From Candidatus Cloacimonadota bacterium (GTDB lineage Bacteria > Cloacimonadota > Cloacimonadia > Cloacimonadales > WRIO01), in assembly GCA_029564175.1 (NCBI GenBank), contig JAKQQL010000474.1, forward strand, positions 34,441 to 98,440: 64,000 nt of DNA, written 5' to 3'. Below the pieces are notes generated by a model. That model saw nothing but the letters and a program-made list of their open reading frames with translations. It was not told where the DNA came from and did not search any database. Both the position numbers and the translations under genes were made by a program. Below are positions 50,337 through 60,066 of this stretch, in pieces. How positions within the stretch are numbered: the stretch's first letter is position 1; the number at the start of each line of letters is the position of its first letter.

Positions 50337-52129
50337 AAATAAAATCAATGAAACTTCGAGACTTTTTATCTTTTGAAAAGGTGGATTTGAAATTACATAA
50401 TACTCATGACGAACCACCTTCCATTTTTCTTGTTGTTGGTAAGAATTATGATCAATCGGAAGATTCTGATGAATCAAGGAATGGAGCTGGAAAAAGTTCA
50501 TTTCTATGTGAAAATTTAAGCTATAATCTTTTCGGAAAACCCTTGAGAGGTGGAAAAGGAAAGGTTAAAATTGATGACCTCATTCGTAAAGGTCAAGATG
50601 ACATGGTTAATGAAATTTCCTATTTTCTTGAAGATGGTTCCGAATTGTTAATATCTAGATCAAGAAATGAAAAAGGAATTAACAGTGTTAAAGTGAATCA
50701 TGATAAAAAAGATATTACTAAACGAACTAAAAGATTATCAGATAAAGATATTCGTGAATTTATGAATATCTCTTTTGATGTATTTGCACAGTGTATTGTC
50801 AATTATGCTGATACGACAGGGTTCATGTATTTGAATTATGGCAATAGATTAGATTTAATCAAACAGATAATTGAAATGGAATTCTTAGATGAACTTTCCA
50901 TTAAAGCTAAAACATTTGCTCAAGTAAATGAAAGAATTCTAAAATCTTTGGAATTAAAAAGAAATTATGTTATTGAACATTTGGAATTGATCAAGAAGAA
51001 TAAAGATATTCAAATCGAATTTCTACAAAATAAAATTAATGAGTTGACAGGAGAATTGAACAGTGTCAAGGAAGAAGGATTTAAACTTCCAGAATTAAAA
51101 AAGTTTGACAATGATATAAATGAACTAGAAAGTGAACTCAAAAAAATTAGAAAAGAAAAATCTGATTTTGAATCACAAGAATTTCATTTTCAATCACTCA
51201 TTAAGAAACATAAAAAAGAAAAAGGGGAATTGCAAAAACTTTCATCATCAAAATGTCCAAAATGTTTTCAATTGGTAGATGAAAAATATGTTGATCAGTT
51301 TTCAAAATCAATGGATGAATTAATTCAAGAATTTTCTAATAGTATTGAAACATTACAAAAATCAATTCAACTTGTAATCAAACAAGAGAAGGAAACCGAA
51401 ACCAAACTCTCAAAAATTAAAAAAGAAAAGGAATCTGTTTCTAGAAGTCATCAAATTCTAAAAACAAAATATGAATCTCTTAAAAAAGAAATAACCAAAT
51501 GGGAAAAGGAATTGAAAAATACTAATTCTGTTGGGCAAACTGATAATCAGTCGGAATATGAAAAAAAGTTAGATGGAATAAATAAGGCCATTAGCATTCG
51601 AACGAATTGGAGGTTGCCAAGTAATTACTTTAGTGATATACTTAACCCAAAGAGCACGTTGAGGAGCGCTCTTTATAAAAAGTATATTGTCATTCTTTCA
51701 GACATGTTCGAGTATTACATGAATAAAGTTTTTAATGGTCAAATGATTGGCACAATTGATATTGATAAAGATTCAAATATTGATCCGGTATTTTTAAAAG
51801 ATAAACAGTTAATTCCTTATTGGTTATTAAGTAGTGGTGAACGAAGACGAGTTGATATGAGTTTATGTTTGGCTTTCTTTGAATTTGTTTCACATTCTTC
51901 ACATAATATGCCAAAATATCTTGTGTTAGATGAACCATTTTCTAATTTAGACATGATGGGTATTAAACAATGTGTAGCCGTTCTTGTTGATATACACAAG
52001 AGGCATAATCTTGATATTTTTATCGTCACGCATACAACATTTCCACAAGAAATTTTAGATCAATCTGTCAATTTAAAAACCATTGAAATTATTAAAAAGA
52101 ATGGAATATCAACAGTTAAATTGATTTAA
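50333..52129 (+). CDS. Rad50/SbcC-like ATPase (gp46-like)
   Basis: NGAGKS, CPKC zinc hook, LSSGE, LDEPF, VTH. Confidence 0.9.
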   Translation: MKIKSMKLRDFLSFEKVDLKLHNTHDEPPSIFLVVGKNYDQSEDSDESRNGAGKSSFLCENLSYNLFGKPLRGGKGKVKIDDLIRKGQDDMVNEISYFLEDGSELLISRSRNEKGINSVKVNHDKKDITKRTKRLSDKDIREFMNISFDVFAQCIVNYADTTGFMYLNYGNRLDLIKQIIEMEFLDELSIKAKTFAQVNERILKSLELKRNYVIEHLELIKKNKDIQIEFLQNKINELTGELNSVKEEGFKLPELKKFDNDINELESELKKIRKEKSDFESQEFHFQSLIKKHKKEKGELQKLSSSKCPKCFQLVDEKYVDQFSKSMDELIQEFSNSIETLQKSIQLVIKQEKETETKLSKIKKEKESVSRSHQILKTKYESLKKEITKWEKELKNTNSVGQTDNQSEYEKKLDGINKAISIRTNWRLPSNYFSDILNPKSTLRSALYKKYIVILSDMFEYYMNKVFNGQMIGTIDIDKDSNIDPVFLKDKQLIPYWLLSSGERRRVDMSLCLAFFEFVSHSSHNMPKYLVLDEPFSNLDMMGIKQCVAVLVDIHKRHNLDIFIVTHTTFPQEILDQSVNLKTIEIIKKNGISTVKLI

Positions 52130-52163
52130 AAACCACAATGGATATTAGATTGGAGGGATTAGA

Positions 52164-52508
52164 ATGAGAAAGAATAAATTCTATCAGGACAATTATGATG
52201 AATGTATGAATTATATTAAGGAAAATAATTGTTATGAATTTGAATTTAATATCACGAACGTTATTGTTTCAAGAAATGCAGAAGTTTGGCAAGTTTGGGG
52301 CCATTGTAGTAAAAAAGGTTTTGCTCGAATCGTTGGGGAATTTACCTCATTGGTTGCTGCTGTCAATAGTATTCCTTTTGATGAATTAGAATTCCCATAT
52401 ACTATTACTTCTGTTCCTTGGGATTATAATGAAGCTGTCTTTTTTGAAAAAAATGCCGATGCAGAATTTAAAAACAAATATCCAAGATATGTGAGTGTGA
52501 ATAAATAA
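52164..52508 (+). CDS. hypothetical protein
   Basis: GGAGGG RBS. Confidence 0.65.
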   Translation: MRKNKFYQDNYDECMNYIKENNCYEFEFNITNVIVSRNAEVWQVWGHCSKKGFARIVGEFTSLVAAVNSIPFDELEFPYTITSVPWDYNEAVFFEKNADAEFKNKYPRYVSVNK

Positions 52509-52509
52509 A

Positions 52510-53118
52510 ATGAATAAAATGGTCAAAGAAATATCAGAAGGATTTCCTTTTTTAGCATCTTCCATTGAATCCAATGTTGTCTTTGATTTAAAAGATAATG
52601 AAGATTATATGAAATTTGATGCACTTAGGGGATTGTTTCAAAGTTATAATATGTATTATGCAACATTAAAAGAAAAAGAAAATCAAGAAAAATTTGATTG
52701 GACTGCTAATAAAGCAGTTCCATTTCATCAAACTTATCCAATTGATTATTTCTGTATTGACAGTTATTTGTTAGATAATGTGTTTGGGATTCTATTTTTT
52801 GATCCGAGACTTTTAAAAAGAGAATTGCAAGTTCTATATCATAAGTATATGACAAAAGGAAAGTCGTATCCTTGTTCAATAATTAAAAAGTCAATTTTGA
52901 AAAATTATGAAATCATGCAAAAGATTGAAAAAATTGATTCAAAGTATATTCATAATAGTAATCTTCATTTTCCAAAATATTTTGCCATAAAGAATTCTAA
53001 CAATCCAAATAAAGAAGCTAGTTTAATGACAGAAGTATTTGACACTTTTCTTAAACATAAAACATTAATGGGAATGGATAATCTAAAAGAAATGATGGAA
53101 GAGATTTCATCATGGTAG
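52510..53118 (+). CDS. hypothetical protein
   Basis: ORF coupled to the previous gene. Confidence 0.65.
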   Translation: MNKMVKEISEGFPFLASSIESNVVFDLKDNEDYMKFDALRGLFQSYNMYYATLKEKENQEKFDWTANKAVPFHQTYPIDYFCIDSYLLDNVFGILFFDPRLLKRELQVLYHKYMTKGKSYPCSIIKKSILKNYEIMQKIEKIDSKYIHNSNLHFPKYFAIKNSNNPNKEASLMTEVFDTFLKHKTLMGMDNLKEMMEEISSW

Positions 53119-53124
53119 ATGATT

Positions 53125-53172
53125 GGTGGCAGGCATTCAACGCTTGCCACCTTTCTTGTTTTGTGGTATAAT
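53125..53172 (+). promoter_or_regulatory. terminator-like hairpin overlapping a TTGCCA promoter
   Basis: GGTGGCAGGC..GCTTGCCACC plus T-rich run; TTGCCA (53144)-N17-TATAAT (53167) with TGn. Confidence 0.75.
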
Positions 53173-53205
53173 AGTCATACTTGGATTTAGGGGAGGATAT
53201 ACGGG

Positions 53206-54552
53206 ATGGAAGATGTGAGTGCAGTTAGACTAAACTTTTTTTCTGATAATTTTCAATATAAGGAATTAAGGAATATTGGTGGGTGTCTTGTTAATCTAAA
53301 GAAACCCAATAAGGAATCAAATATTAATCCTTGTTATTTTTGGGAAATTTCTTCTTTTAGTAAACCTGATCATTTATCTGATCAATTTAAAAATGAAAAT
53401 ATTTTGAAAGTTGTTGTTGATAATAGTTTTTCATTGGATGAAATTGATAAAGAAATAATCTTCTTGGATCATCACATGACAGAAGAATTTTATGATACTC
53501 CTTACTCAAGTAATACGAGAATGTTAATTGAATCATATGATCAAATTGTTTCATTGTTTAAACAGGTTCTTAAAGAAAAAGGATATGAAAAGATTCTCAC
53601 ACTATATCATAATGATGGTGATGGTATTATGTCTGCCATTGTTATGAAAATGATTTATCAGGAAGTCTTTGAGGATATAATTGTTCCAAATAAAAACGAA
53701 CTACTTTATACAATCAAATTAATTGGAGACACTTTTGACGTTTCTAAGAATGTTGATGATATTTTGGATGATTTAGATGGTATTTCTCTTTTGAATGATG
53801 GAGATATCTTTAAGAAAAAGATTACAACTATCACAAAAGGAGCTGCATCTTTCTTCAAAACTATCAAGACATGTTGTTTTGAAAATGGTGAAAGTATTTT
53901 AATCAAAGAACAAATTGATGAACTTACAAAATCATACGGTAAGGAAAATGCTTTACAAAAAGCTAAGAGTCGATTCGAAAATTATTTTTCCAGTTTGCTA
54001 GACAGGCCAATTATTAATGTTGTCCAAATAACTACATTCCTAAATTTGATCAATTCTGATAAACATATTAATGATTTGATTTCAGTTTATAACATGGAAA
54101 AAGAAAGAATTGTAAAACAATTTGTTTATCCAGAAGATTCTGATTGTGCCGTATTTGATGTTATTATTCGATTCAATAAATTTCCAAAAGACTTGTTTCG
54201 ACTTTTTGTTATTTCGTCTCCATTTGATTTGGCACGTTCTGTTTCGTGGTCTGTTGCTGGTAAAATGAATTACTATAAAAAGTCTCCTTATAAATCAAAT
54301 TGGGCATTTTATCTTGATGATTATGATTTGAAAAGCATGAAGAAATATAATGATCGTCGTTGTGTGTTGAATGTGAATCCTTTTGGAAAATCAAAGTTGT
54401 CTTTGGATGATACAAAGGGAGATACTGGTTATAGGGTGGCCAAGGAACTTTTCAATGGTGGTGGCCACAAAAATGAGAAGGATTCTATTGGTTCCGCTGA
54501 ATTGGATGCATCTGATTTTTATAGGGAAATCGAAATTATTGAATTGCTATAG
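53206..54552 (+). CDS. DHH-family phosphoesterase with permuted motif order
   Basis: VVD, LDHH, HNDGDGIMSA, GDTFD, GGGH. Confidence 0.7.
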   Translation: MEDVSAVRLNFFSDNFQYKELRNIGGCLVNLKKPNKESNINPCYFWEISSFSKPDHLSDQFKNENILKVVVDNSFSLDEIDKEIIFLDHHMTEEFYDTPYSSNTRMLIESYDQIVSLFKQVLKEKGYEKILTLYHNDGDGIMSAIVMKMIYQEVFEDIIVPNKNELLYTIKLIGDTFDVSKNVDDILDDLDGISLLNDGDIFKKKITTITKGAASFFKTIKTCCFENGESILIKEQIDELTKSYGKENALQKAKSRFENYFSSLLDRPIINVVQITTFLNLINSDKHINDLISVYNMEKERIVKQFVYPEDSDCAVFDVIIRFNKFPKDLFRLFVISSPFDLARSVSWSVAGKMNYYKKSPYKSNWAFYLDDYDLKSMKKYNDRRCVLNVNPFGKSKLSLDDTKGDTGYRVAKELFNGGGHKNEKDSIGSAELDASDFYREIEIIELL

Positions 54553-54561
54553 GAGGGCATA

Positions 54562-54778
54562 ATGGAAAAGAATAAGCTTTCCAAATTATCACAGACGGTA
54601 TTTTTGAAAACAAAAGAAAACAATGAATATATTTTAAATACTGTTTCAAATCACATATACCTTTCAAAAGGAAGCTCTTTGCTTTAGCGGGAGAGTATGT
54701 CAAATTCTAGAATGTATTGATCAAAATGATTTGTTTCGAAGAAAATTCAAAAGTAAAAATCTAAGAAAGGATGATTAA
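54562..54778 (+). pseudogene. small gene apparently interrupted by an IS200/IS605-like remnant
   Basis: AGGAGG RBS; MEKNKLSK..EYIL; the frame after the insert reads ILECIDQNDLFRRKFKSKNLRKDD up to the next gene. Confidence 0.4.
54670..54703 (+). mobile_element. IS200/IS605-family right-end-like sequence
   Basis: GGAAGCTCTTTGCTTTAGCGGGAGAGTATGTCAA resembles subterminal hairpin ends of tnpB elements. Confidence 0.5.
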
Positions 54779-54780
54779 TA

Positions 54781-55401
54781 ATGGGTGTTTTGAGTCCTTT
54801 CGTGAAGAAAAAAGAGGGAGTTATCAAGAAAGAAACTCCCTCACCTCCTGAAAAAAAGAAAAGTAAAGTTAAGAATGTAGAGGAAAATACAAATGTAAAA
54901 ATTACAAAAGGAAAATCAGAATCAAGTGAAAAGAAACCTAGAAAGGTAAAAGAGATTCATAAAGATGAAAAGATTAATCCTTGGGAAATTATTACAAAAT
55001 ATATGGAATTGGTTCGAGATAAAAATACAAAAGTTGAACAAATTCGAGAATTATTTCAACCTATTTTAAATACAACTCCAAGTCAATTAGGATTTATTGT
55101 TTATTGTGTCAATAAATATTTGTTATACAATGAACCAACAAGAATTATGCTTGAACAATTAATTCGAATGTCTAGACAATTTGAACCAATGGATTATTTA
55201 ATTACATATTTCCTCTTTTGTAAATCTCATAAATGTTATTTTCCAAAATGGATGCCATTTTATTACACAAACATGAATCCATTCAAAAGTTTTGTTATGG
55301 AGAATGCTAAATTAACAGAAGAGGAATTTAAAATCTTCTGCAAACGCCATGAAGATAAAACTATGAGAGATTTAGCATATCTCATAAAAGAAATTTACTA
55401 A
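54781..55401 (+). CDS. possible clamp loader small subunit (gp62-like)
   Basis: NPWEI, YCVNKYL, YFPKW pattern loosely resembles gp62. Confidence 0.35.
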   Translation: MGVLSPFVKKKEGVIKKETPSPPEKKKSKVKNVEENTNVKITKGKSESSEKKPRKVKEIHKDEKINPWEIITKYMELVRDKNTKVEQIRELFQPILNTTPSQLGFIVYCVNKYLLYNEPTRIMLEQLIRMSRQFEPMDYLITYFLFCKSHKCYFPKWMPFYYTNMNPFKSFVMENAKLTEEEFKIFCKRHEDKTMRDLAYLIKEIY

Positions 55402-55415
55402 CGGAGGACTTAACT

Positions 55416-56090
55416 ATGCCAAATGAAAATACCGGAGTAGAAAATTTTGATAGTTTGATGAATGAAATGGAATCAATCATTAATGAGAAACCCCCGGAAT
55501 CGCCAGAGTCAAAACAGCCAGAACCCTCATCGACGGTCAATGAGGGAGAACAAAAACAGGATAATCCCGCAGAAACCACCCAAACAAATCAACAAGAGAG
55601 TGGCAGTGCTGGAATTCCAGAGCTTGAAATTGAAGCGGATGATGAACGGGAATATTATGAACGTCGTCAGAAATATAATCAAATGAAACCGGAAGATCAA
55701 AAGAAAAGCTTTTTTGAAATGGCTGATTCTATTGTGGAAGAGTCAGAAGAGAAGAATTTGATGAAAGACGAAGAAGACCTCTCTATAGAACAGAAATTTG
55801 ATGGTTCAATTGAAAAAGAATTTAATCAAGTTCAGGAACCAACTAATCTTGGTCAATTTGATTCTCCTTCTGATGCTTTGAATCAATTGTCTACGAGCAT
55901 GAATATTTCTATGAATTCAATTCAGGACATGAAAAAGATGTTTGATGATATTGAAAGTGGTCTAGAAAAACCTGAAACTTTATCAACAAAAATTAATGAT
56001 GAATTGATAAATATTGAATCGACGATTGGGAATTTATCAAGAAGTTATAAATTTCTTAAAAATCATCTTTCGAAAAATACTGGAAACTAA
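55416..56090 (+). CDS. acidic, partly disordered hypothetical protein
   Basis: GGAGG RBS; E/P/S-rich. Confidence 0.65.
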   Translation: MPNENTGVENFDSLMNEMESIINEKPPESPESKQPEPSSTVNEGEQKQDNPAETTQTNQQESGSAGIPELEIEADDEREYYERRQKYNQMKPEDQKKSFFEMADSIVEESEEKNLMKDEEDLSIEQKFDGSIEKEFNQVQEPTNLGQFDSPSDALNQLSTSMNISMNSIQDMKKMFDDIESGLEKPETLSTKINDELINIESTIGNLSRSYKFLKNHLSKNTGN

Positions 56091-56094
56091 AATT

Positions 56095-56129
56095 AAAAGT
56101 GAGTATGATTAATTTCATACTCACTTTTT
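56095..56129 (+). terminator. hairpin, probable terminator
   Basis: AAAAGTGAGTATGA-TTAATT-TCATACTCACTTTT. Confidence 0.7.
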
Positions 56130-56146
56130 GTATATGGAGGATTATT

Positions 56147-57649
56147 ATGCCTGGGACAAATCCAAACTTAAAAAATTTAGATAAAAAACAACAACATCAA
56201 TGGCAAACTGTTTATGATAAATGTTTAAAAAATGGTGATGATGAAGAAACTTCTGCCAAGAAAGCTTGGGGTGCAGTTAAATCAAACAAAGTAAGACCTG
56301 TTGATTTAGATTCAATATTGTCAGATTTTGTTAAAGAAGTTGATATTCAAACAAACGATTATGATAAAATTAGATCATATATTCAACAAAATTGCCAAAG
56401 ATTTGTTCAAGCTGTTAATCATGGAACCTGTCCACTTATCTATCGTGGAATGAAAAAAAGAATAGATCGCCCTTACATTTTGAAACCAATAGAACGAATT
56501 TCTAAAAATGAAGAAAAGGATTTGGGTGGATTTGGATTTTATAACTATTTCATGATTAATAATCCAGAATTTAAAGATTTTCCAAATAGACTTAAATCAT
56601 TTATTTGCACTACAAGTAGTCAGCTAGCTAATGAATATGGAGCTGTTTATGCTGTAATTCCATCGGATAATTCAAAAATTGCTGTTTATAATGCAGAAGA
56701 TATTTGGACTGTTCAGGTTGGTGAAATATCTCTAATAAGTTTCACGAAAGGATTTAATGTATTTGCTTTTTATTTCTGTGGGAAAAATCCAGAAGAAATG
56801 CGATCATACCCTCAAATTATGAAATTTCTTGAAGAACATCAGAATGAATTTGAGGTTCTTAAAAAAGTAAGTGATGAACTTCGTGCAGGATTTTCTGACA
56901 GACCATTATCACCACGAAAGTTATTAATTCAAAATAATTTTAAATATATGAATCAATTAAAAAATAAAATTTTAACGGATGAAATGATAAAAATTCAATT
57001 ATATAAAATGTTTCAATATTGTAGTTGGGATAAAATTGATGGATCACTGGTTGAATATGTAAAAGAAAATATGTCATCCGATAAATTTGGAATGGTATTA
57101 AATGAATCCTTAACTAATTATCAAACAAATGAGGATAATTATGATTCTAGTAATGAAATTGCAATTGAAGGTGAATGTGTTTTTCTATATTTCAATGATG
57201 AAAATATGAAATTTTTATTAGAAATTTTTCCTTTTAAATCGAAAGAAGAAAGTCAAGATAATGAAGTTGATAGGATTTTGTCTTCAATTGAAAACAATCT
57301 TGAAATAATTGCAGGTGATGGATATTCATATATGATTTATGAAAACAATCAATTAAAAGAAATTTCTTTTAATGATATTCATGATGGTATATTATCTGGC
57401 AAATATCGAATGCCCGATATTATGAAATTTGAAACTCAACTTAACTTTATTGAATCATATTTAAAATACATTACAAAAGTTAAACCTCAAAAAGAGATTA
57501 AGAGCATTCTAACTAATATTGACGATTTCCCAATTGGGAACACTGATAAAATCTATCTTTATCCTATCAAGGAAATAAACTATGGTAAATTAAGTGAACC
57601 AGTTCGTTCAAAAATAAAATCATTTAAGAAAGATATTTTAGAGGTTTAA
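56147..57649 (+). CDS. ChaB-like domain fused to an ADP-ribosyltransferase-like domain (paralog 1)
   Basis: GGAGG RBS; QQHQWQTVYD..DEETSAKKAWGAVK (ChaB-like); IYRG, SFICTTS, NEIAIEG. Confidence 0.55.
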   Translation: MPGTNPNLKNLDKKQQHQWQTVYDKCLKNGDDEETSAKKAWGAVKSNKVRPVDLDSILSDFVKEVDIQTNDYDKIRSYIQQNCQRFVQAVNHGTCPLIYRGMKKRIDRPYILKPIERISKNEEKDLGGFGFYNYFMINNPEFKDFPNRLKSFICTTSSQLANEYGAVYAVIPSDNSKIAVYNAEDIWTVQVGEISLISFTKGFNVFAFYFCGKNPEEMRSYPQIMKFLEEHQNEFEVLKKVSDELRAGFSDRPLSPRKLLIQNNFKYMNQLKNKILTDEMIKIQLYKMFQYCSWDKIDGSLVEYVKENMSSDKFGMVLNESLTNYQTNEDNYDSSNEIAIEGECVFLYFNDENMKFLLEIFPFKSKEESQDNEVDRILSSIENNLEIIAGDGYSYMIYENNQLKEISFNDIHDGILSGKYRMPDIMKFETQLNFIESYLKYITKVKPQKEIKSILTNIDDFPIGNTDKIYLYPIKEINYGKLSEPVRSKIKSFKKDILEV

Positions 57650-57651
57650 TT

Positions 57652-58473
57652 ATGAATAAATTTGTCAGACAATTAGGAATCATTTCAAGACTCAATGATG
57701 ATCCAGATATGGAAGAATTGAATTTAGAAAAGGAATCTCTTTTAAAATTATTGGAATCAAAATATTCAGAAGCTTTTGATTTGTTAAAACAAGGTGTATC
57801 TATTCGAAGATCATTTTCAACAAAATATGAAAAACCATTTATTCAAAAACCAGTTGAGCGAGTATCACAATCGTGTGAAGAAGTTGGTAATTTTTATACT
57901 TTAATGATTGACAATGACCCAAGTTTTGAAGGATTTCCAAAGAGAAGCAGGAGTTTCATTTGTCATGCTGGACTATTAAAAGGTCAAAGAGGTTTCATGG
58001 CAAAAACATCTTATTATGTCTTTCCTGAAAATGGAACAAGAGTTGGTATCTGTGATAGTGATGATATTTGGCACCTTAAAATAAAAGTTGATTCTGGTTC
58101 CTCGCCAGATTTAGAAGTGGTAATGAATCAATTTGTTAAGTTTATTAGACTTAATGACCCAAATATCTTTTTTAAATATATGACTTATGATGACCTTGTC
58201 AATCTAACAATTGATCCAGAAAAAATAGAAAAAGAAAGATTGTCTACTTTTCAAAAGACATTATTAAATCTTTTAATTCACTATGATGGGAAAATGATTA
58301 ATGTATTTAAAAGATATTTGTCTCCAGAAATATTGAAACTTAAAGTTGCAACTCTTTCTGATTTAAAATCAAATTTGCATGGGGTTCATGAACAAGAAGT
58401 ATGGTTTGAAAGTCCTTCTTTGTTTGTTGAAAAAGAATTATTTAATGAAATATTTCCAGATTTTGAGGTGTAA
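57652..58473 (+). CDS. ADP-ribosyltransferase-like protein (paralog 2)
   Basis: IRRS, FPKRSRSFIC, YVFP, DDIW, EQEVWFE. Confidence 0.5.
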   Translation: MNKFVRQLGIISRLNDDPDMEELNLEKESLLKLLESKYSEAFDLLKQGVSIRRSFSTKYEKPFIQKPVERVSQSCEEVGNFYTLMIDNDPSFEGFPKRSRSFICHAGLLKGQRGFMAKTSYYVFPENGTRVGICDSDDIWHLKIKVDSGSSPDLEVVMNQFVKFIRLNDPNIFFKYMTYDDLVNLTIDPEKIEKERLSTFQKTLLNLLIHYDGKMINVFKRYLSPEILKLKVATLSDLKSNLHGVHEQEVWFESPSLFVEKELFNEIFPDFEV

Positions 58474-58477
58474 ATAA

Positions 58478-59461
58478 ATGATAAAACCAAGTGATCTTGA
58501 TGTAATCCAATCAGAAATAACAAATCAACCACAAATGGATTCAGTGGTTTTGAATTATCAAGAAATTAAAAATCTTTTAACATCCAAGTATTCTGAAATG
58601 TTAAAAGCGTTTGGAAAATATCATGCTCTATATCGTGGTATTAAACCTAAACATTCATCTTCTCCTGTTTTCATTTCATCTGGTATTCAACGAAAAAGTG
58701 AAGATCATATCAATATTGGAAATTTTTATACTGTCATTTTAGATAATGATCCTAGATGGGCAGAATTTCCAAAAAGGTCTGAATCATTCATTTGTGCAAG
58801 TGAAAAATCCATAACAACATCTTATGGGATAGCTCATTATGTTTTTCCGATTAATGGAGCTAAAATTGGGGCATGCCCCAAAGATGATATATGGAGTGTT
58901 AAAATAGTCGATCAGCCAACTAGATTATCTTTTGCTAAATTTAATCAATATTTGTCGGCTTGTTGTAAATTAATGAATCTAGATTTAGATATGTCATACG
59001 ATCAAATTAAAAATTTGAAATTTGATTCAAAAAGAATATCCGAACTGGCCAATTCAAAAATGGATACGGGATTTGGAACACCAGACAAGCCAAATTGGAA
59101 TTTGGACGATAAACTTGAAAGCTTGAGAGATTGTTTTTCTGGAGAAGATAAAAGACTTCAAGGTCTGAAATTCATGATTGAAAATGTTGGGGAATTCATT
59201 GATAAGTATTTTGATCCTACTGAATTGGGATTTCAACTTTTGACAACAGATCAATTTCAAACGTCAGGTCGAAATGAATGTTGGACGAATGCAAAATCAT
59301 TAATGATGAAAGATGAAAAATATCAATGGGAATTTCCAAATGAACAAGAAATAGATTTTAACGGTGAAAAAATCAGAATCAAAATAGAAAGTGATCTTGT
59401 TTATAAAAATCCCGGAGAAATACTTGCTCAAATGTGTCAAGAAGAATTTGGTTCATATTAA
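58478..59461 (+). CDS. ADP-ribosyltransferase-like protein (paralog 3)
   Basis: LYRG, FPKRSESFICAS, YG..YVFP, DDIW, NECW. Confidence 0.5.
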   Translation: MIKPSDLDVIQSEITNQPQMDSVVLNYQEIKNLLTSKYSEMLKAFGKYHALYRGIKPKHSSSPVFISSGIQRKSEDHINIGNFYTVILDNDPRWAEFPKRSESFICASEKSITTSYGIAHYVFPINGAKIGACPKDDIWSVKIVDQPTRLSFAKFNQYLSACCKLMNLDLDMSYDQIKNLKFDSKRISELANSKMDTGFGTPDKPNWNLDDKLESLRDCFSGEDKRLQGLKFMIENVGEFIDKYFDPTELGFQLLTTDQFQTSGRNECWTNAKSLMMKDEKYQWEFPNEQEIDFNGEKIRIKIESDLVYKNPGEILAQMCQEEFGSY

Positions 59462-59462
59462 A

Positions 59463-59494
59463 AAAGAGGGATACCATTTTTGGCATCCCTCTTT
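59463..59494. terminator. bidirectional terminator between convergent genes
   Basis: AAAGAGGGATACCA..TGGCATCCCTCTTT. Confidence 0.75.
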
Positions 59495-59495
59495 C

Positions 59496-59987
59496 CTATT
59501 TCGTATGTTTGTCTGCAATAGTTGAGGCAACAAAGCTGTCAGGTTTGCTTCTACACTGAAAACCAGACCCAGCAACCATACCGGTAATAGCACTTAGAAT
59601 TTCTCTTGTCTTACCTTTCTTGCCAGCATCAACGTGAATTGAAAGATCAATACGAGGATTTTCTACAAATAGATCATAAACATTTTGAGTTAAATATTCG
59701 GTAATCTGATTTGCTAACTGTAGAGACAATCCAGTTTCTGTAAAAATTCTATTCTTGAATTCAATTTTACCATCAACTTTTGTCTTGCGGTAAAAATAAC
59801 GACCACCCTTGCCTTCTCTATGAACGGCAATGGTTTCGACATACAGGGTATAGTGTTTGTGTGGCTGGCTATCCGTGCCGATCATAATTTCATAACCCTT
59901 ATCTCGGTCGTCATTCATGAATTCCAGAATCATTTCCATAACGTTTTCAAAACCAACGATGCCATGAATAGATGGATTGTGGAACAT
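59496..59987 (-). CDS. RNase H-like YkuK (DUF458) family protein
   Basis: IGTDSQ, GKGGRYFY, IHVDAG..GKT, KPDSFVASTIADKHTK. Confidence 0.8.
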   Translation of the reverse strand: MFHNPSIHGIVGFENVMEMILEFMNDDRDKGYEIMIGTDSQPHKHYTLYVETIAVHREGKGGRYFYRKTKVDGKIEFKNRIFTETGLSLQLANQITEYLTQNVYDLFVENPRIDLSIHVDAGKKGKTREILSAITGMVAGSGFQCRSKPDSFVASTIADKHTK

Positions 59988-60020
59988 GTTCTAGAACCTC
60001 CAATTTCTCAAGATACATAC

Positions 60021-60049
60021 ATTGTATCACACTTCTTAATTTTTGGCAA
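60021..60049 (-). promoter_or_regulatory. promoter for the YkuK-like gene
   Basis: reverse strand TTGCCA-N17-TACAAT with TGn. Confidence 0.7.
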
Positions 60050-60066
60050 CCACGAGATTTCAACGC

